Below, piece after piece: positions 35,217 through 47,334 of a stretch of 64,000 bases of DNA (position 1 is its first letter; each line of letters opens with the position of its first letter). This DNA is from Minisyncoccota bacterium. Lineage in GTDB: Bacteria > Patescibacteriota > Minisyncoccia > Phycocordibacterales > CAJBRS01. The stretch is taken from positions 144,411-208,410 of the forward strand of contig DASRDX010000009.1 of the NCBI GenBank assembly GCA_035652395.1. Direction: 5' to 3'. The notes beneath the pieces are model-generated. The model ran no database searches, was not told the origin of the DNA, and saw nothing but the letters and a program-made list of their open reading frames with translations. The position numbers were made by a program, and so were the translations under genes.

Positions 35217-36421
35217 TGGCCGCTATTAAATTTCAAATTGAAAAAAGGTTAAAAGGAAAAATGGGCCGTGCGGCGAGATTAGAAACGCCGCACGGTTCTA
35301 TTTTGACCCCGGCCTTCGTACCGGTTGGCACCAAGGCCAATGTCAAGACCTTGACAGTAAAGCAGCTTGAAGAAATTGGCGTTCAGGCCGTTCTGGGCAA
35401 TACCTACCATCTTTATCTCCAGCCCGGCGATGAGCTAATAAAAGCGGCCGGCGGACTAAACAAATTCATGAATTGGCCTGGGCCGACCATGACCGATTCA
35501 GGTGGCTTTCAAGTTTTTTCTCTCGGAGTCGCTTACGGAAAGGGAATCAGCAAAATATTAAAAGGCGAAACTGAACTTCTGCTCCCTGAAGCCCAGGATT
35601 TACGTGATCAGGTTTCACTAGTCAGTATTGATCACGATGGAGTGATGTTCAAGTCGAACATTGACGGCAGCTCTCACTATTTCACACCGGAGAAATCGAT
35701 AGAAGTTCAACACAACATCGGTGCCGACATTATTTTTGCTTTCGACGAGTGTACTTCGCCGACTGAATCCGTAACTTATCAAAGACAGGCACTCGACCGA
35801 ACACATCGCTGGGCCAAAAGATGTTTGGTCTATCACCAATCAAAGCCGGAAAACGCTTCACAACAGGCTCTTTTCGGAATTGTTCAGGGTGGGCGGGATG
35901 AAAGGCTACGAAAAGAAAGCGCTCAAATTATTGGCCAAATGGATTTTGATGGTTTCGGTATTGGTGGCTCTTTCGCCAAGGAAGATATGAATACGGCGGT
36001 GGAGTGGGTTAATAGCGTTTTACCGGACGATCGGCCGCGCCACCTGCTGGGAATCGGCGAACCGGAAGATCTCTTTGGCGGAATTGAAAATGGCTGCGAT
36101 CTTTTTGATTGTGTAGCTCCGACCCGAATTGGCCGCAATGGTTCCATTTACACTAAAGAAGGGAAGATTAATATTTTAAACGCAGAATTTCGGCAGAATT
36201 TCAACGCCATTGATCCGGATTGCCAGTGCTATACTTGTCAAAATTTTACTCTGGCCTATTTGGGACATCTTTTCCGAGCCAAAGAAGTTCTTGGCGGTAC
36301 CTTGGCTTCCATTCATAATATATATTTCATCACCAATCTGGTGAATAATATTCGCCAGTCGATTCTCGAAGAAAATTTTCAAAGCTTCAAAGAAAATTTT
36401 CTTCGTCTCTACAAAAAATAA
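35216..36421 (+). CDS. tgt: queuine tRNA-ribosyltransferase
   Basis: GSILTPAFVPVGT, LGNTYHL, DSGGFQ, and the C-terminal zinc site C..C.C...H (CQCYTCQNFTLAYLGHL). Confidence 0.9.
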   Translation: MAAIKFQIEKRLKGKMGRAARLETPHGSILTPAFVPVGTKANVKTLTVKQLEEIGVQAVLGNTYHLYLQPGDELIKAAGGLNKFMNWPGPTMTDSGGFQVFSLGVAYGKGISKILKGETELLLPEAQDLRDQVSLVSIDHDGVMFKSNIDGSSHYFTPEKSIEVQHNIGADIIFAFDECTSPTESVTYQRQALDRTHRWAKRCLVYHQSKPENASQQALFGIVQGGRDERLRKESAQIIGQMDFDGFGIGGSFAKEDMNTAVEWVNSVLPDDRPRHLLGIGEPEDLFGGIENGCDLFDCVAPTRIGRNGSIYTKEGKINILNAEFRQNFNAIDPDCQCYTCQNFTLAYLGHLFRAKEVLGGTLASIHNIYFITNLVNNIRQSILEENFQSFKENFLRLYKK

Positions 36422-36450
36422 AAAAGCTGACCTGGCGGTCAGCTTTGTCT
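36411..36450. terminator. convergent terminator: aagctgacc-tggc-ggtcagctt with an A-run on the plus side (a T-run when read on minus)
   Basis: Perfect 9-bp stem between tgt (+) and the minus-strand ATP-synthase transcription unit; the T-run is on the minus strand. Confidence 0.6.
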
Positions 36451-37290
36451 CGCAACCATCTTAAACTCGAAATCCTCAGCCGTGCTTCCACCGAGAATAA
36501 ATCTTGGTAGCCGATCCGCTCCCAAGTGAGTCACTGTGCTATCTAGCTGCTTGCTCGCCACCTCCTTCGTCACCTTTGCCAGATTTTCCTCATCCAATTT
36601 CCCTCTGGACAGGTTTTTCAAGACAATGGATAGTCGTCTTGCCAGTCGATCAATTAATTCCATATGCCAATACTGGTGATAGATATAAGCATGATCGGAA
36701 CCATCGGAAGACTGGTGGTGCATGCTGAGATGCGGATTGGTGATGATGAAAACAGCTCTGGCCTTCTCATGTCCTCCTTCATACAGAAGAGGACGGACCC
36801 CTTTTTCAGGAAGGCTTTTAATATAATCCACCAGGATATTTGCCATATCTTCAGATAGAAAATATTCCTCTGGACGATCAACGGCTCCGAAAGCATGGCC
36901 GCAACCCTGACAAGGTAAGTTGTCAGGATTTTTTGCTCTACTTTGATCGCTGTGATAACTCGGTGGACCCAGCATTTCTTCAACAGCCATAATAGTAAAC
37001 GGGGAGCTATAAAGAATCTGGCCGATTTCCTTCTCGATCTTCTCCAAGGAAGCAATAAAACTGGCATTGAAAGACAGCACCGCTCCCGGCACTGGAATAC
37101 CGAGAATGTTTCGAGGGTGCCGATCATCGATACAGTGAATATATGATGATCGGGGCCGGTGTAATAATGGTAATGTATTAGGAGCACTGAAGATGTCGTC
37201 CGAAAGAACATAAAAGTTTTCTCGGGCGAATTCTTCAGCCTTCTTGGAATCAAAAAGTTTTGACGACTGAACGGTGTGTAGGGTACTCAT
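36439..37290 (-). CDS. hypothetical protein with CxDxR and CxGCGH motifs (possible zinc site)
   Basis: 283-aa ORF, last gene of the minus-strand atp transcription unit; motifs CIDDRH and PCQGCGHAFG. Confidence 0.6.
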   Translation of the reverse strand: MSTLHTVQSSKLFDSKKAEEFARENFYVLSDDIFSAPNTLPLLHRPRSSYIHCIDDRHPRNILGIPVPGAVLSFNASFIASLEKIEKEIGQILYSSPFTIMAVEEMLGPPSYHSDQSRAKNPDNLPCQGCGHAFGAVDRPEEYFLSEDMANILVDYIKSLPEKGVRPLLYEGGHEKARAVFIITNPHLSMHHQSSDGSDHAYIYHQYWHMELIDRLARRLSIVLKNLSRGKLDEENLAKVTKEVASKQLDSTVTHLGADRLPRFILGGSTAEDFEFKMVARQS

Positions 37291-37317
37291 CTTTTTCTGA
37301 TATTACTCCTTTAATCT

Positions 37318-37550
37318 CTATTCCACAAGTAAAATTGTCTTCCTCGGCTTGATTTCGGCGAAGCCACCGGAAATAGGGAATTCCTCACGCTGATTTTTAT
37401 TTTTAATTACCACCGAACCGTCTCTTAACTCGGAAACCAGAGGAATATGATTCTCCAAAACGCTTATTTCGCCCTCTAAAGTAGGCAAAGTGATTACGTC
37501 AGCTTCACCTTCATAGACAATACTTTCTAGAGAATAAATATAGAGTTTCA

Positions 37551-37551
<1 letters not shown>
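37318..37551 (-). CDS. atpC: F1 ATP synthase epsilon subunit (beta-sandwich only, 77 aa)
   Basis: MKLYIYSLESIVYEGEADVITLPTLEGEISVLENHIPLVSEL; the C-terminal helical hairpin is absent. Confidence 0.75.
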
Positions 37552-38963
<1,412 letters not shown>

Positions 38964-38984
38964 TTACCTTTTATCTTTAACTTT

Positions 38985-39923
38985 TTACTGGTTCAATGCC
39001 TCCGTGCCGGCGCTGATTTCCGTTAATTCTTTAGTAATAGCAGCCTGTCGGAGTTTGTTATAAGTAATGCCAAGCTCATCAATTAATTCCGAAGCATTCT
39101 CCGAAGCATTCTTCATGGCTACCATGCGGGAAGAGTGTTCCGAGGCATTAGCTTCCAGAATACTCTGATGCAATTCAATACTGACCAGTCGCGGAATAAG
39201 ATTTTCCAGAACGTGAGGAATGGAAGGTTCATAGAGGTAGTTAATTTTCTCGCTTGGCTTGTCGAGAGCTCTGTCAATAGCCTGAGGCAAACCAGCATAT
39301 AAACCATGTTCCGGAATAATGTGTTTGGTAATTTCTTCCAAAGCTTTTACAGTTACCGGCAGAATCTTCCTTACCACCACTTCTTGTTTGAGAGCTGACA
39401 GAAAATTAGTGTAAATTAGTAGGACTTCATCATATTCTCCGGAAAGATAAATCTCTTGGAGATATTGTGCCACCGGCAGAGTTTCCTGAAAACTGATGTA
39501 ATCGCCGGCCTCGTGAAATTCTTTAATGATCTTGTGGCCGCGACGGCTGAAAAAGTCGCGGCCTCTTTTGCCAATCGCTACTATTTCTACCCGCGCAGGG
39601 GAGTGATGCAGAATCTGATTAGCTTTTCGCAAGACATTACTATTGAAAGAGCCGGCCAAACCTTTGTCGGAAGTAACTACCGCTAAGCAAATCTTTTTGA
39701 TCGGCCGCTCCCGGACAAGTTCTGAAGCGGAATCATCTTCGGTAATGGCCCGCCGAATATTTTTTAGAATTTCCAAAGCGGCTAAAGCATATGGCCGAGC
39801 CTTGATCGCTCCTTGCTCACTTTTTCGCATTTTGACCGCCGAAACTGCCTGCATGGCCTTGGTAATCTGACCAATGTTTTTAGTAGCCCGAATACGATTT
39901 TTAATTGTTCTACTGGTTGCCAT
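38985..39923 (-). CDS. atpG: F1 ATP synthase gamma subunit
   Basis: [34 protein letters not shown]; 312 aa. Confidence 0.9.
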   Translation of the reverse strand: MATSRTIKNRIRATKNIGQITKAMQAVSAVKMRKSEQGAIKARPYALAALEILKNIRRAITEDDSASELVRERPIKKICLAVVTSDKGLAGSFNSNVLRKANQILHHSPARVEIVAIGKRGRDFFSRRGHKIIKEFHEAGDYISFQETLPVAQYLQEIYLSGEYDEVLLIYTNFLSALKQEVVVRKILPVTVKALEEITKHIIPEHGLYAGLPQAIDRALDKPSEKINYLYEPSIPHVLENLIPRLVSIELHQSILEANASEHSSRMVAMKNASENASELIDELGITYNKLRQAAITKELTEISAGTEALNQ

Positions 39924-41448
39924 TGAAATAATTATTTTTGAAATCTTCGGCCGCTTTTTTCAACTTGCTCTGGAGATCTTCACTTAAATCTTTTTTATCT
40001 TTTAATTCCTTAAGGAGCTCCGAATAATTGGTGTCTAAAAATTTCAGAAGCCCATTTTCAAAGCGGGAAACATCCTCAATATTAACCGTATCCAAGAAAC
40101 CGTTAGTGGCGACAAAAATGGAAATTACTTGCTTCTCAAAAGGCATATTCAAATACTGCGGTTGTTTCAGAATTTCCGTTAAGCGACGGCCACGATCGAT
40201 TTTTAGTTTTGTGGCGCTATCAAGATCCTGTCCAAATTGAGCAAAAGCAGCCAATTCTCGAAATTGGGCTAGTTCCAAACGCAAAGTACCGGCCACTTTT
40301 TTCATGGCTTTAGTTTGAGCGGCTGATCCGACGCGGGAGACGGAAAGGCCGACATTCACTGCCGGTCGAATTCCCTGATAAAAGAGTTCAGGTTCCAAAT
40401 AAATTTGACCATCGGTAATGGAGATAACGTTTGTGGGCACATAAGCCGAAATATCGCCAAGTTGAGTTTCGATAATGGGCAGGGCAGTTAAAGAGCCACC
40501 GCCGTAATCCTTGTTTAATTTGGCCGCTCGCTCAAGCAAGCGGGAATGCAAATAGAAAATATCGCCGGGATAAGCTTCGCGACCGGGAGGGCGACGTAAA
40601 AGTAGGGAAATCTGCCGATAGGCCCAGGCATGTTTGGAAAGGTCGTCGTAGACCACCAAAGCATCCTGACCTTTTTCCATGAAGTATTCGCCAATGGCGC
40701 AGCCGGCATAAGGGGCTAGATACTGGAGGGAGGCTGGCGCGGAAGCGCCGGCTGAAACAACAATAGAATATTTCATCGCCCCGCTTTGCTTCAATTTCTC
40801 GACAATCTGAGCGACTTTTGATTCCTTCTGACCGATAGCTACATAAATACAAATTGGGACGCTGTCGCCCGAGTTCTGTCCTTGATTAATAATCGTATCG
40901 ATAGCGATGGCTGTTTTGCCTGTCTGTCGGTCCCCAATAATCAATTCTCGCTGGCCGCGACCGATTGGAATAGTGGCATCGATTGCTTTAATTCCGGTTT
41001 GCAAAGGACTGTTAACCGATTGGCGAGTGATAACGCCGGGGGCAATTCGCTCCAGCAAATAATTTTGCATCTTATTTCTATCCAAAGCCGGTCCACCATC
41101 AATTGGCTCACCTAAAGGATTAATGACGCGGCCAATTAAATTATCACCGACTGGAATAGAAAGAATGGTGCCGGTCGCTTTGACAGTTTGACCTTCTTTA
41201 ATTTTTTCCGAAGCTCCTAAAACGATGGCTCCAACACTGCTCTCTTCCAAGTTAAGAGCGAGACCGAGGATTTTTCCATCTTCAGTTTCAAACTCTAGCA
41301 TTTCCGAGTAACGCACTTCACTAAGGCCGCGAATGCTGGCCACTCCGTCGCCCACGCGCATGACTTCTCCGACATTCGAGATTGACGGCCCCGATTTAAT
41401 GCCGGCAATCTCTTCTTTTAATTCATTTAAAATTGAATCGATTTCCAT
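39910..41448 (-). CDS. atpA: F1 ATP synthase alpha subunit
   Basis: [16 protein letters not shown] Walker A; 512 aa. Confidence 0.95.
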   Translation of the reverse strand: MEIDSILNELKEEIAGIKSGPSISNVGEVMRVGDGVASIRGLSEVRYSEMLEFETEDGKILGLALNLEESSVGAIVLGASEKIKEGQTVKATGTILSIPVGDNLIGRVINPLGEPIDGGPALDRNKMQNYLLERIAPGVITRQSVNSPLQTGIKAIDATIPIGRGQRELIIGDRQTGKTAIAIDTIINQGQNSGDSVPICIYVAIGQKESKVAQIVEKLKQSGAMKYSIVVSAGASAPASLQYLAPYAGCAIGEYFMEKGQDALVVYDDLSKHAWAYRQISLLLRRPPGREAYPGDIFYLHSRLLERAAKLNKDYGGGSLTALPIIETQLGDISAYVPTNVISITDGQIYLEPELFYQGIRPAVNVGLSVSRVGSAAQTKAMKKVAGTLRLELAQFRELAAFAQFGQDLDSATKLKIDRGRRLTEILKQPQYLNMPFEKQVISIFVATNGFLDTVNIEDVSRFENGLLKFLDTNYSELLKELKDKKDLSEDLQSKLKKAAEDFKNNYFNGNQ

Positions 41449-41452
41449 TTGC

Positions 41453-41767
41453 TTAACTTATGACCTGCCTTAAATTATTAATTCTGGTTCGGATACTATT
41501 ATCAATTACGGTATCGCCAATTTTGATTTTCACTCCGCCGATTAAATTGGGATCATTACTAACTTCCGTGATTTCCTTTTTCATTTTGCCGGTCTTTTCA
41601 TACAAACTCTTCTCAATAGCATAAAGAATCTCTGACTCGCTTTTTAAATCGCCATTTTCCTCGAGCATCTTGACGAAACTCTTGACAGCGTTTTTGCGCT
41701 TATTTTTGGCTGTTTTCTCTAAAAGAGCACCAAAGATTTTAGCGTATTGAGTAGGGGAATAGCGCAT
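41453..41767 (-). CDS. atpH: F1 ATP synthase delta subunit (short, 104 aa)
   Basis: Position between atpF and atpA; the C-terminal [15 protein letters not shown] resembles the OSCP/delta C-terminus; the N-terminal domain is reduced. Confidence 0.6.
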   Translation of the reverse strand: MRYSPTQYAKIFGALLEKTAKNKRKNAVKSFVKMLEENGDLKSESEILYAIEKSLYEKTGKMKKEITEVSNDPNLIGGVKIKIGDTVIDNSIRTRINNLRQVIS

Positions 41768-41770
41768 ACC

Positions 41771-42289
41771 TTATTTAAACACCTCAGCATTCTCTCTAAT
41801 AATGGCCAAGGCGTCAGCTTTCAGTTTGGCTTCTGCTTCCTTGCTCAAAAAATCTCCAACAGTTTTTTCCACCGCTGCCGTCACCACCTCCCCAATCTCA
41901 CTCTTAATTTCAGAGCGGATTTTCAGCCTTTCCTGTTCCAACGAAAGCTTGGCCTCCGATATTAAAGTCTTGGCTTTCTCTTCCGCTAATCTCAAACTTT
42001 CCTCGGTTTGAGTCTGAGAAGCCTTTTCCGCTTTAGCCAATATTTCTTGGGCTGCTTCTCTGGCTGTGGTCAGAATTTTTTGCTTTTCAGTTTCAATCTC
42101 GGCAAGACGTGTGCCGGCCAGCTTTTCCTTTTCTTTGGTTTCCGCAATTTCCCGACGTCTTTTTTCCAGAACATCAATGACTGGCACATAAACAAATCGA
42201 CGCAAAACGTAAACCAGAATGGCAAAATTAATCGCTTGAGCGATAAGCAATTTCCAATCGATGCCGAGACTTGTTAATAAAGCGGACAT
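41771..42289 (-). CDS. atpF: Fo ATP synthase subunit b
   Basis: N-terminal TM segment, then a long charged coiled-coil (EEKAKTLISEAKLSLEQERLKIRSE). Confidence 0.75.
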   Translation of the reverse strand: MSALLTSLGIDWKLLIAQAINFAILVYVLRRFVYVPVIDVLEKRRREIAETKEKEKLAGTRLAEIETEKQKILTTAREAAQEILAKAEKASQTQTEESLRLAEEKAKTLISEAKLSLEQERLKIRSEIKSEIGEVVTAAVEKTVGDFLSKEAEAKLKADALAIIRENAEVFK

Positions 42290-42319
42290 AAACTCACCCC
42301 TTTAAGGGTGTCAAAAAAT

Positions 42320-42544
<225 letters not shown>

Positions 42545-42669
42545 TTAAATAAATTAATGATAAAAAATGACCTCATTTGGGGGTCAGTGCCAATATCTTA
42601 CCTTAAGCCGTTTAAAAGGCCAAATTCTGACGAAAAATAAATAAAATACCCGTCGTAAGCGGGTAATGT

Positions 42670-43068
42670 CTAAGAAGCGTGAATATCCAGTTCCAAATGA
42701 TGATCCGTAGATCGCCAAGGGGGACAACTTGTGACTCGAACTTTTGCAAGGATTTCTCCTTCTGTTCGGGCCCAATGAACAATCTTTGGATAGATAATGA
42801 AAGGAGAATCGCCAGGTTTGAGAAAATATTCTCCGTCTCCACTCTCAAGAAAAAGAGTACCTTGGAGAACCTCATAAACCTCAATAGTTTCCTCGTGGTG
42901 GTGCGGAGCAGATTTTGAAATCAAGGCAATCGCACTCTTCTGATGGGGTAAGACTTGAGGCAGTTCCACAATTACTTCCAGAGGATCTTTCTCCGGAAGA
43001 AGAATAAGCGGGCAATCCGGATATTCCTTTCGAAGAGATTCAATTTCTTCAGAACTTATTGGTTTCAT
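42670..43068 (-). CDS. cupin-domain protein inserted between atpB and atpE
   Basis: HHHEETIEVYEVLQGTLFLESGDGEYFLKPGDSPFIIYPKIVHWA matches a cupin_2 barrel; same strand as the atp operon. Confidence 0.55.
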   Translation of the reverse strand: MKPISSEEIESLRKEYPDCPLILLPEKDPLEVIVELPQVLPHQKSAIALISKSAPHHHEETIEVYEVLQGTLFLESGDGEYFLKPGDSPFIIYPKIVHWARTEGEILAKVRVTSCPPWRSTDHHLELDIHAS

Positions 43069-43101
43069 CTACTCTCAACCTACCTCTCTTCCTGGCAAAA
43101 A

Positions 43102-43851
43102 TCAATGATGGGCTTCAGTGGCTTGGGCCAAGAACATCATGGCTAGAACGGCGAAAATTAAAGCCTGGATGAAACCCACGAAAATTTCTAGAGCCAGAAA
43201 TGGAACTGGAATAAGATAGGGAACCAAGAAGACCATAATTGTTAGAAGAATTTCTCCGGCGAAAACATTTCCAAAAAGACGGAAAGTCAGGGAAATGATT
43301 TTGCCGAATTCGCTGATAATTTCGAGAAGTCCAGTGAAGAAATCAATCGGGCCGGTCAGACGAAAGAATTTCTTGAGATGATTTTTCAGGCCGATAGTGA
43401 TGAAGCCGACAACATGACTCATTGTTACTACAATCAAAGCCAAAGCCAAAGTCATATTGATATCGGAGTTGACCGAACGAAATAGCGGTACGAAAACCTG
43501 TTTGCCATCCTCTAAATGATAAAAACCAAGACTGCCAACGCCCGGTAGAATCCCCAGCCAATTTGAAAGAAGAATGAAAAGGAAGATAGTAGCCACCACC
43601 GGGAAAAATTTAATGACGGCTGATCGACTTCCGGCGACGGTTTCGAGGAAGTCGATCAGTTTTTCGATGGCAAATTCCATTAAGTTTTGGAATTTGCCCG
43701 GGATTTTGTCGGCGCGTTTGATTCGCGCCGACAGGAATAAGGCGATCCCAATTAGCAAAAGCATTACCAGCCAGGAGGTAAGCAGAGCATTAGTGACGGT
43801 AAAACCAAAGATTTGAAAAATTGGTTCGGCGCTGATGGAAATATGGAGCAT
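43102..43851 (-). CDS. atpB: Fo ATP synthase subunit a
   Basis: Five or six TM helices; the conserved Arg-containing helix ISLTFRLFGNVFAGEILL. Confidence 0.85.
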   Translation of the reverse strand: MLHISISAEPIFQIFGFTVTNALLTSWLVMLLLIGIALFLSARIKRADKIPGKFQNLMEFAIEKLIDFLETVAGSRSAVIKFFPVVATIFLFILLSNWLGILPGVGSLGFYHLEDGKQVFVPLFRSVNSDINMTLALALIVVTMSHVVGFITIGLKNHLKKFFRLTGPIDFFTGLLEIISEFGKIISLTFRLFGNVFAGEILLTIMVFLVPYLIPVPFLALEIFVGFIQALIFAVLAMMFLAQATEAHH

Positions 43852-43861
43852 AAGAAGATAA

Positions 43862-44098
43862 CTATTTTAAGTACCTAATTGTTTTCTTGTAAACCAGAAT
43901 GCTGGAAATAATAATGGAAAGTAAAACGCCTACCAAAAGAAATAATGGGGAAGTCTGAAAATGTCTGTCTAAAAGACGTCCCCCCAAAGCCAGTAATACT
44001 ATTGGAATGGCGATAGTAAAACCCAATTCAAAAACTAATGATATTAGCTCCGATTTCGGCATTACTGGCTTTAAATCAGGCGATTTCTCTTTTTCCAC
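43862..44098 (-). CDS. AtpI/AtpZ-like small membrane protein upstream of atpB
   Basis: 78 aa, two TM segments, first gene of the operon by position. Confidence 0.5.
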   Translation of the reverse strand: MEKEKSPDLKPVMPKSELISLVFELGFTIAIPIVLLALGGRLLDRHFQTSPLFLLVGVLLSIIISSILVYKKTIRYLK

Positions 44099-44124
44099 GG
44101 GAGGTAGTATAACATAGGCAGAGA

Positions 44125-44412
44125 TTGTTTATGAAAAAATCTAAATCTAAAAAGGCCAAGGATCCTATCGCCGCAAAAATAGGAACAGTGCTCGCCAAGA
44201 GAGTCAGAAACGGCATGGTTCATCTCCGAAAACATAAGATATTTTCACAGTCTCCTGATTTTGAGAAGAAACCTTTGTCCTTCTTTCATCTAAGGAGCAG
44301 GGCGGAAGCTATTCGGTTGGGACTCCAAGGGCGAAACAACCGGGAAAATCGTGTTCTTTATTCTTTTTGGGACTCATATTTCCAAGAAAAATTCAAAAAA
44401 AGAAAAGCTTAA
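44125..44412 (+). CDS. hypothetical small basic protein (95 aa)
   Basis: ORF only; it diverges from the atp operon. Confidence 0.3.
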   Translation: MFMKKSKSKKAKDPIAAKIGTVLAKRVRNGMVHLRKHKIFSQSPDFEKKPLSFFHLRSRAEAIRLGLQGRNNRENRVLYSFWDSYFQEKFKKRKA

Positions 44413-44461
44413 GGTCAGCTGTCTGACCTTGTTTTATTTCTGAGCCGTATATAATAACAAA

Positions 44462-46504
44462 GTGTCAAATTTCAAAATCTCAACAAAATTCAAACCGGCA
44501 GGGGATCAGCCAAAGGCTATTAAAGAATTAATTGAAGGGGTCGGCAAAGGCTATCGCCACCAAACTTTGCTTGGCGTTACTGGCTCCGGCAAGACTTTTA
44601 CGGCTGCCAATATTATCGCTACGGTTCAAAAACCTACTCTGGTTATTGCTCACAACAAAACCTTAGCTGCTCAATTGGCACAGGAATATCGGGAGTTTTT
44701 TCCTGATAATGCCGTACACTATTTCGTTTCTTATTACGATTTTTATCAGCCGGAAGCTTATTTACCGGTAACTGATACCTATATTGAAAAAGAGGCTCAA
44801 ATTAATGAAGAAATTGAGCGCCTGCGTCACGCCTCCACACAGGCGCTTCTAACCCGTCGCGACGTCATTATCGTCGCTTCCGTTTCCTGTATTTACGGCT
44901 TGGGTTCGCCGGTGGAATATGAAAAGGTTCACCTGCGCATTCAAAAGGGAGCAGTTGGGGATCGAGCCGATCTGATTCGCAAGCTCATCCATATTTATTT
45001 TGACCGCACCAATGCCGATCTTTCACCCGGTCAGTTTCGAGCGCTCGGCAATTCCGTGGAGGTTATGCCGGTTAATGAAAGAGTTATTTATAAGATCGAT
45101 CTTGCCGAAGGCAAGATCGATCGCATCCTGAAAGTGGATGCCATTACCCGAAAAATTTTAGAAGAGATAGATGTTTTCTTTCTTTTTCCAGCCAAACATT
45201 TCGTCACGCCGGAAGACGAGCGATTGCGGGCTATTGAAGATATCAAGGCCGAATTGGAAGAGCAGCTCACTAAGTTCCAGAAAGAAGGAAAGCTGCTCGA
45301 AGCCGAGCGACTGAAGCGTCGCACCAATTATGATCTGGCTCTGATCCGCGAAATCGGTTATTGCAACGGTATCGAAAATTATTCGCGCCATTTCTCCGGC
45401 AAAAAGGAGGGCGAACCGCCTGATACCTTACTTTCATATTTTCCTCACAAGAAGGATGGTAGCGCCGATTTCCTTACTATTATCGATGAGTCTCACGTCA
45501 CTGTTCCTCAACTCGGCGGTATGTATGCCGGTGATGCTTCTCGAAAACAAAATTTAGTAGAGCACGGGTTCAGACTCCCTAGCGCTCGAGATAATCGCCC
45601 TCTGAAATTTGCCGAATTTGAAGAAAGGGTGGGCCAGACAATTTATACTTCGGCTACTCCAGGAAAATATGAATTGGAACACAGCTCTCAGGTGGCGGAG
45701 CAAGTCATTCGTCCGACTGGCCTCGTTGACCCGTTGATTGAAGTAAAGCCGGTTATAGAAAAAGGAGCCTACAAAGGTCAAATTCAGGATTTCATTGAGC
45801 AGGCCGAAATTGAAGTAAAAAAAGGCAACCGAGTGATCGCGACAACTTTGACCAAGAAAATGGCCGAAGATTTGAGTGAATACTTAAAAGAGAAAAAAAT
45901 TAAGGCCGAATATCTTCATAGTGAAATCGAAACTCTAGATCGCATTCAAATTTTGACTGATTTCCGAAGAGGGAAGTTTGACATCATTGTCGGCGTCAAT
46001 TTATTGCGCGAAGGACTAGACCTTCCGGAAGTGACCCTCATTGGTATCCTAGATGCCGATAAAGAGGGATTTCTCCGCTCTGAAACTTCTCTTATTCAAA
46101 CCATTGGACGGGCCGCTCGAAATACTGAAGGCCGCGTAATTCTATATGCGGATAATCTGACCGGCTCAATGGATAAAGCCATTAATGAAACCAGACGTCG
46201 TCGAGAATTACAGGCGGCTTATAACAAGGAACACGGTATTACTCCAAAGACTATTGTTAAAAATATTAAGGATATTACGGAGCAAATCCAAAGCGAACAC
46301 CAAAAGACTCTTAAAATGCTTCTGCAATTTGATGAAGCTCGCTTTCAGAAAAATCCCAAGAAATTGATTGAGGAAAAACAAAAACAAATGAATGATGCGG
46401 TAAAGGTTTTAGACTTTGAAACAGCTGCCATTCTAAGAGACGAAATCAAAGAGCTTACGCTTAAGTTGGAAGGGAGAACGTCCAAAATCAAAACAAATAA
46501 TTAA
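44462..46504 (+). CDS. uvrB: excinuclease ABC subunit B
   Basis: FKPAGDQPKAI, GVTGSGKTFT Walker A, helicase motifs, and the C-terminal UVR domain DFETAAILRDEIKEL. Confidence 0.95.
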   Translation: MSNFKISTKFKPAGDQPKAIKELIEGVGKGYRHQTLLGVTGSGKTFTAANIIATVQKPTLVIAHNKTLAAQLAQEYREFFPDNAVHYFVSYYDFYQPEAYLPVTDTYIEKEAQINEEIERLRHASTQALLTRRDVIIVASVSCIYGLGSPVEYEKVHLRIQKGAVGDRADLIRKLIHIYFDRTNADLSPGQFRALGNSVEVMPVNERVIYKIDLAEGKIDRILKVDAITRKILEEIDVFFLFPAKHFVTPEDERLRAIEDIKAELEEQLTKFQKEGKLLEAERLKRRTNYDLALIREIGYCNGIENYSRHFSGKKEGEPPDTLLSYFPHKKDGSADFLTIIDESHVTVPQLGGMYAGDASRKQNLVEHGFRLPSARDNRPLKFAEFEERVGQTIYTSATPGKYELEHSSQVAEQVIRPTGLVDPLIEVKPVIEKGAYKGQIQDFIEQAEIEVKKGNRVIATTLTKKMAEDLSEYLKEKKIKAEYLHSEIETLDRIQILTDFRRGKFDIIVGVNLLREGLDLPEVTLIGILDADKEGFLRSETSLIQTIGRAARNTEGRVILYADNLTGSMDKAINETRRRRELQAAYNKEHGITPKTIVKNIKDITEQIQSEHQKTLKMLLQFDEARFQKNPKKLIEEKQKQMNDAVKVLDFETAAILRDEIKELTLKLEGRTSKIKTNN

Positions 46505-46538
46505 AAAGAAAAGGCGTGTATCTTTCGATACACGCCTT
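46500..46538 (-). terminator. intrinsic terminator oriented for minus-strand transcripts: aaggcgtgtatc-tttc-gatacacgcctt with a T-run on minus
   Basis: Perfect 12-bp stem. The run read as A on plus (ttaaaaagaaaa) is the T-run on minus. No T-run follows the hairpin on the plus side. Confidence 0.5.
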
Positions 46539-46539
46539 C

Positions 46540-47130
46540 AAATCTTACCGGCGTTACGAGGTTTCGTATTTTCTTTACCTCCCCTGAAATTCATCTTTCG
46601 ACAAACCCCTGAGGTCTGAAAAACACTCCCTCCAAGTAACTTGAGTACGTGGGCGTACCATTCTCCATTTGTTGATTCCCGACCTAAGTCTGGAACTGCT
46701 TCCATTTCTGGCTCAATTTCTTGAGACATTTCCTGGATCTAAACCGTCGGTGTTTAATCGTCGGCTTATCCGCCTTTGAAATTCCCCACGATTGGTTGGA
46801 ATCTCTAGTCAGAACTGATTTGTTGATCATTGCTGCTCAACATCTCAGCGGGGTTGGAGCACCCAGCTTTTGCTTAACTTACCGCGTCGCTCCGATTCCT
46901 TGCGGATTCGAATCTTTGCGATAACCACTCGCTTTCGTGTATTGGTTGGCCCTTGCACCTTGCAGTGTAGGGACCTTGCCAGCAAGCTCTTGAATTTAAT
47001 CAGAACCGTTTTGATTCGACTCTTGCGAGCCTTCCTCTCTGCGATTCGAGCTACCCCTACCACAGGTGGTGCGCGCTATGCACACTCCCAAGTTATTAGC
47101 TTTAAGGAACTAACGACTGGTGAGTAAATG
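46540..47130 (-). ncRNA. candidate large structured ncRNA or gene relic in the uvrB-uvrA gap (identity unresolved)
   Basis: About 590 bp with only four short mutually overlapping ORFs (60-85 aa). A minus-oriented terminator sits at its lower edge. Three TCGAATC motifs lie within about 150 nt. Confidence 0.25.
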
Positions 47131-47334
47131 TACCAGAATGAAAAACCACGTCAATGGGGATAAGGTAGTAGAAATTGGATAAGAGGTTCTGTCAAATAAA
47201 ATTTCTAAAATGCTCTGTAATTAAAGCTTTTTATATTTTCTTTACAATTTCTTTAGTCGGTTTATAATGAGCTCGTCATATTTAGATATAGAACGCCGCA
47301 GGCGGGCTATTTCTGTTTTACAAAGATCACCAAA

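Noticed and set aside
36654-37253. Alternative minus-strand frame of 199 aa inside 36439..37290
   Set aside because: It is in the same orientation but a different frame to the longer ORF. The longer ORF has the better start context and carries the metal-motif signal.
46540-47130. RNase P RNA in the uvrB-uvrA gap (a GGCUUAUC string on plus; GCGGUAAG and GAGGAA strings on minus)
   Set aside because: The putative P4 strands are not complementary, and the order and spacing of the conserved regions do not match the type A or B architecture. The matches are short enough to occur by chance.
47267-47334. N-terminal extension of uvrA (MSSSYLDIERRRRAISVLQRSPK)
   Set aside because: Candidate -35/-10 boxes fall inside this extension, and MAKNDKK aligns with canonical UvrA N-termini. 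The start is therefore moved to 47335.
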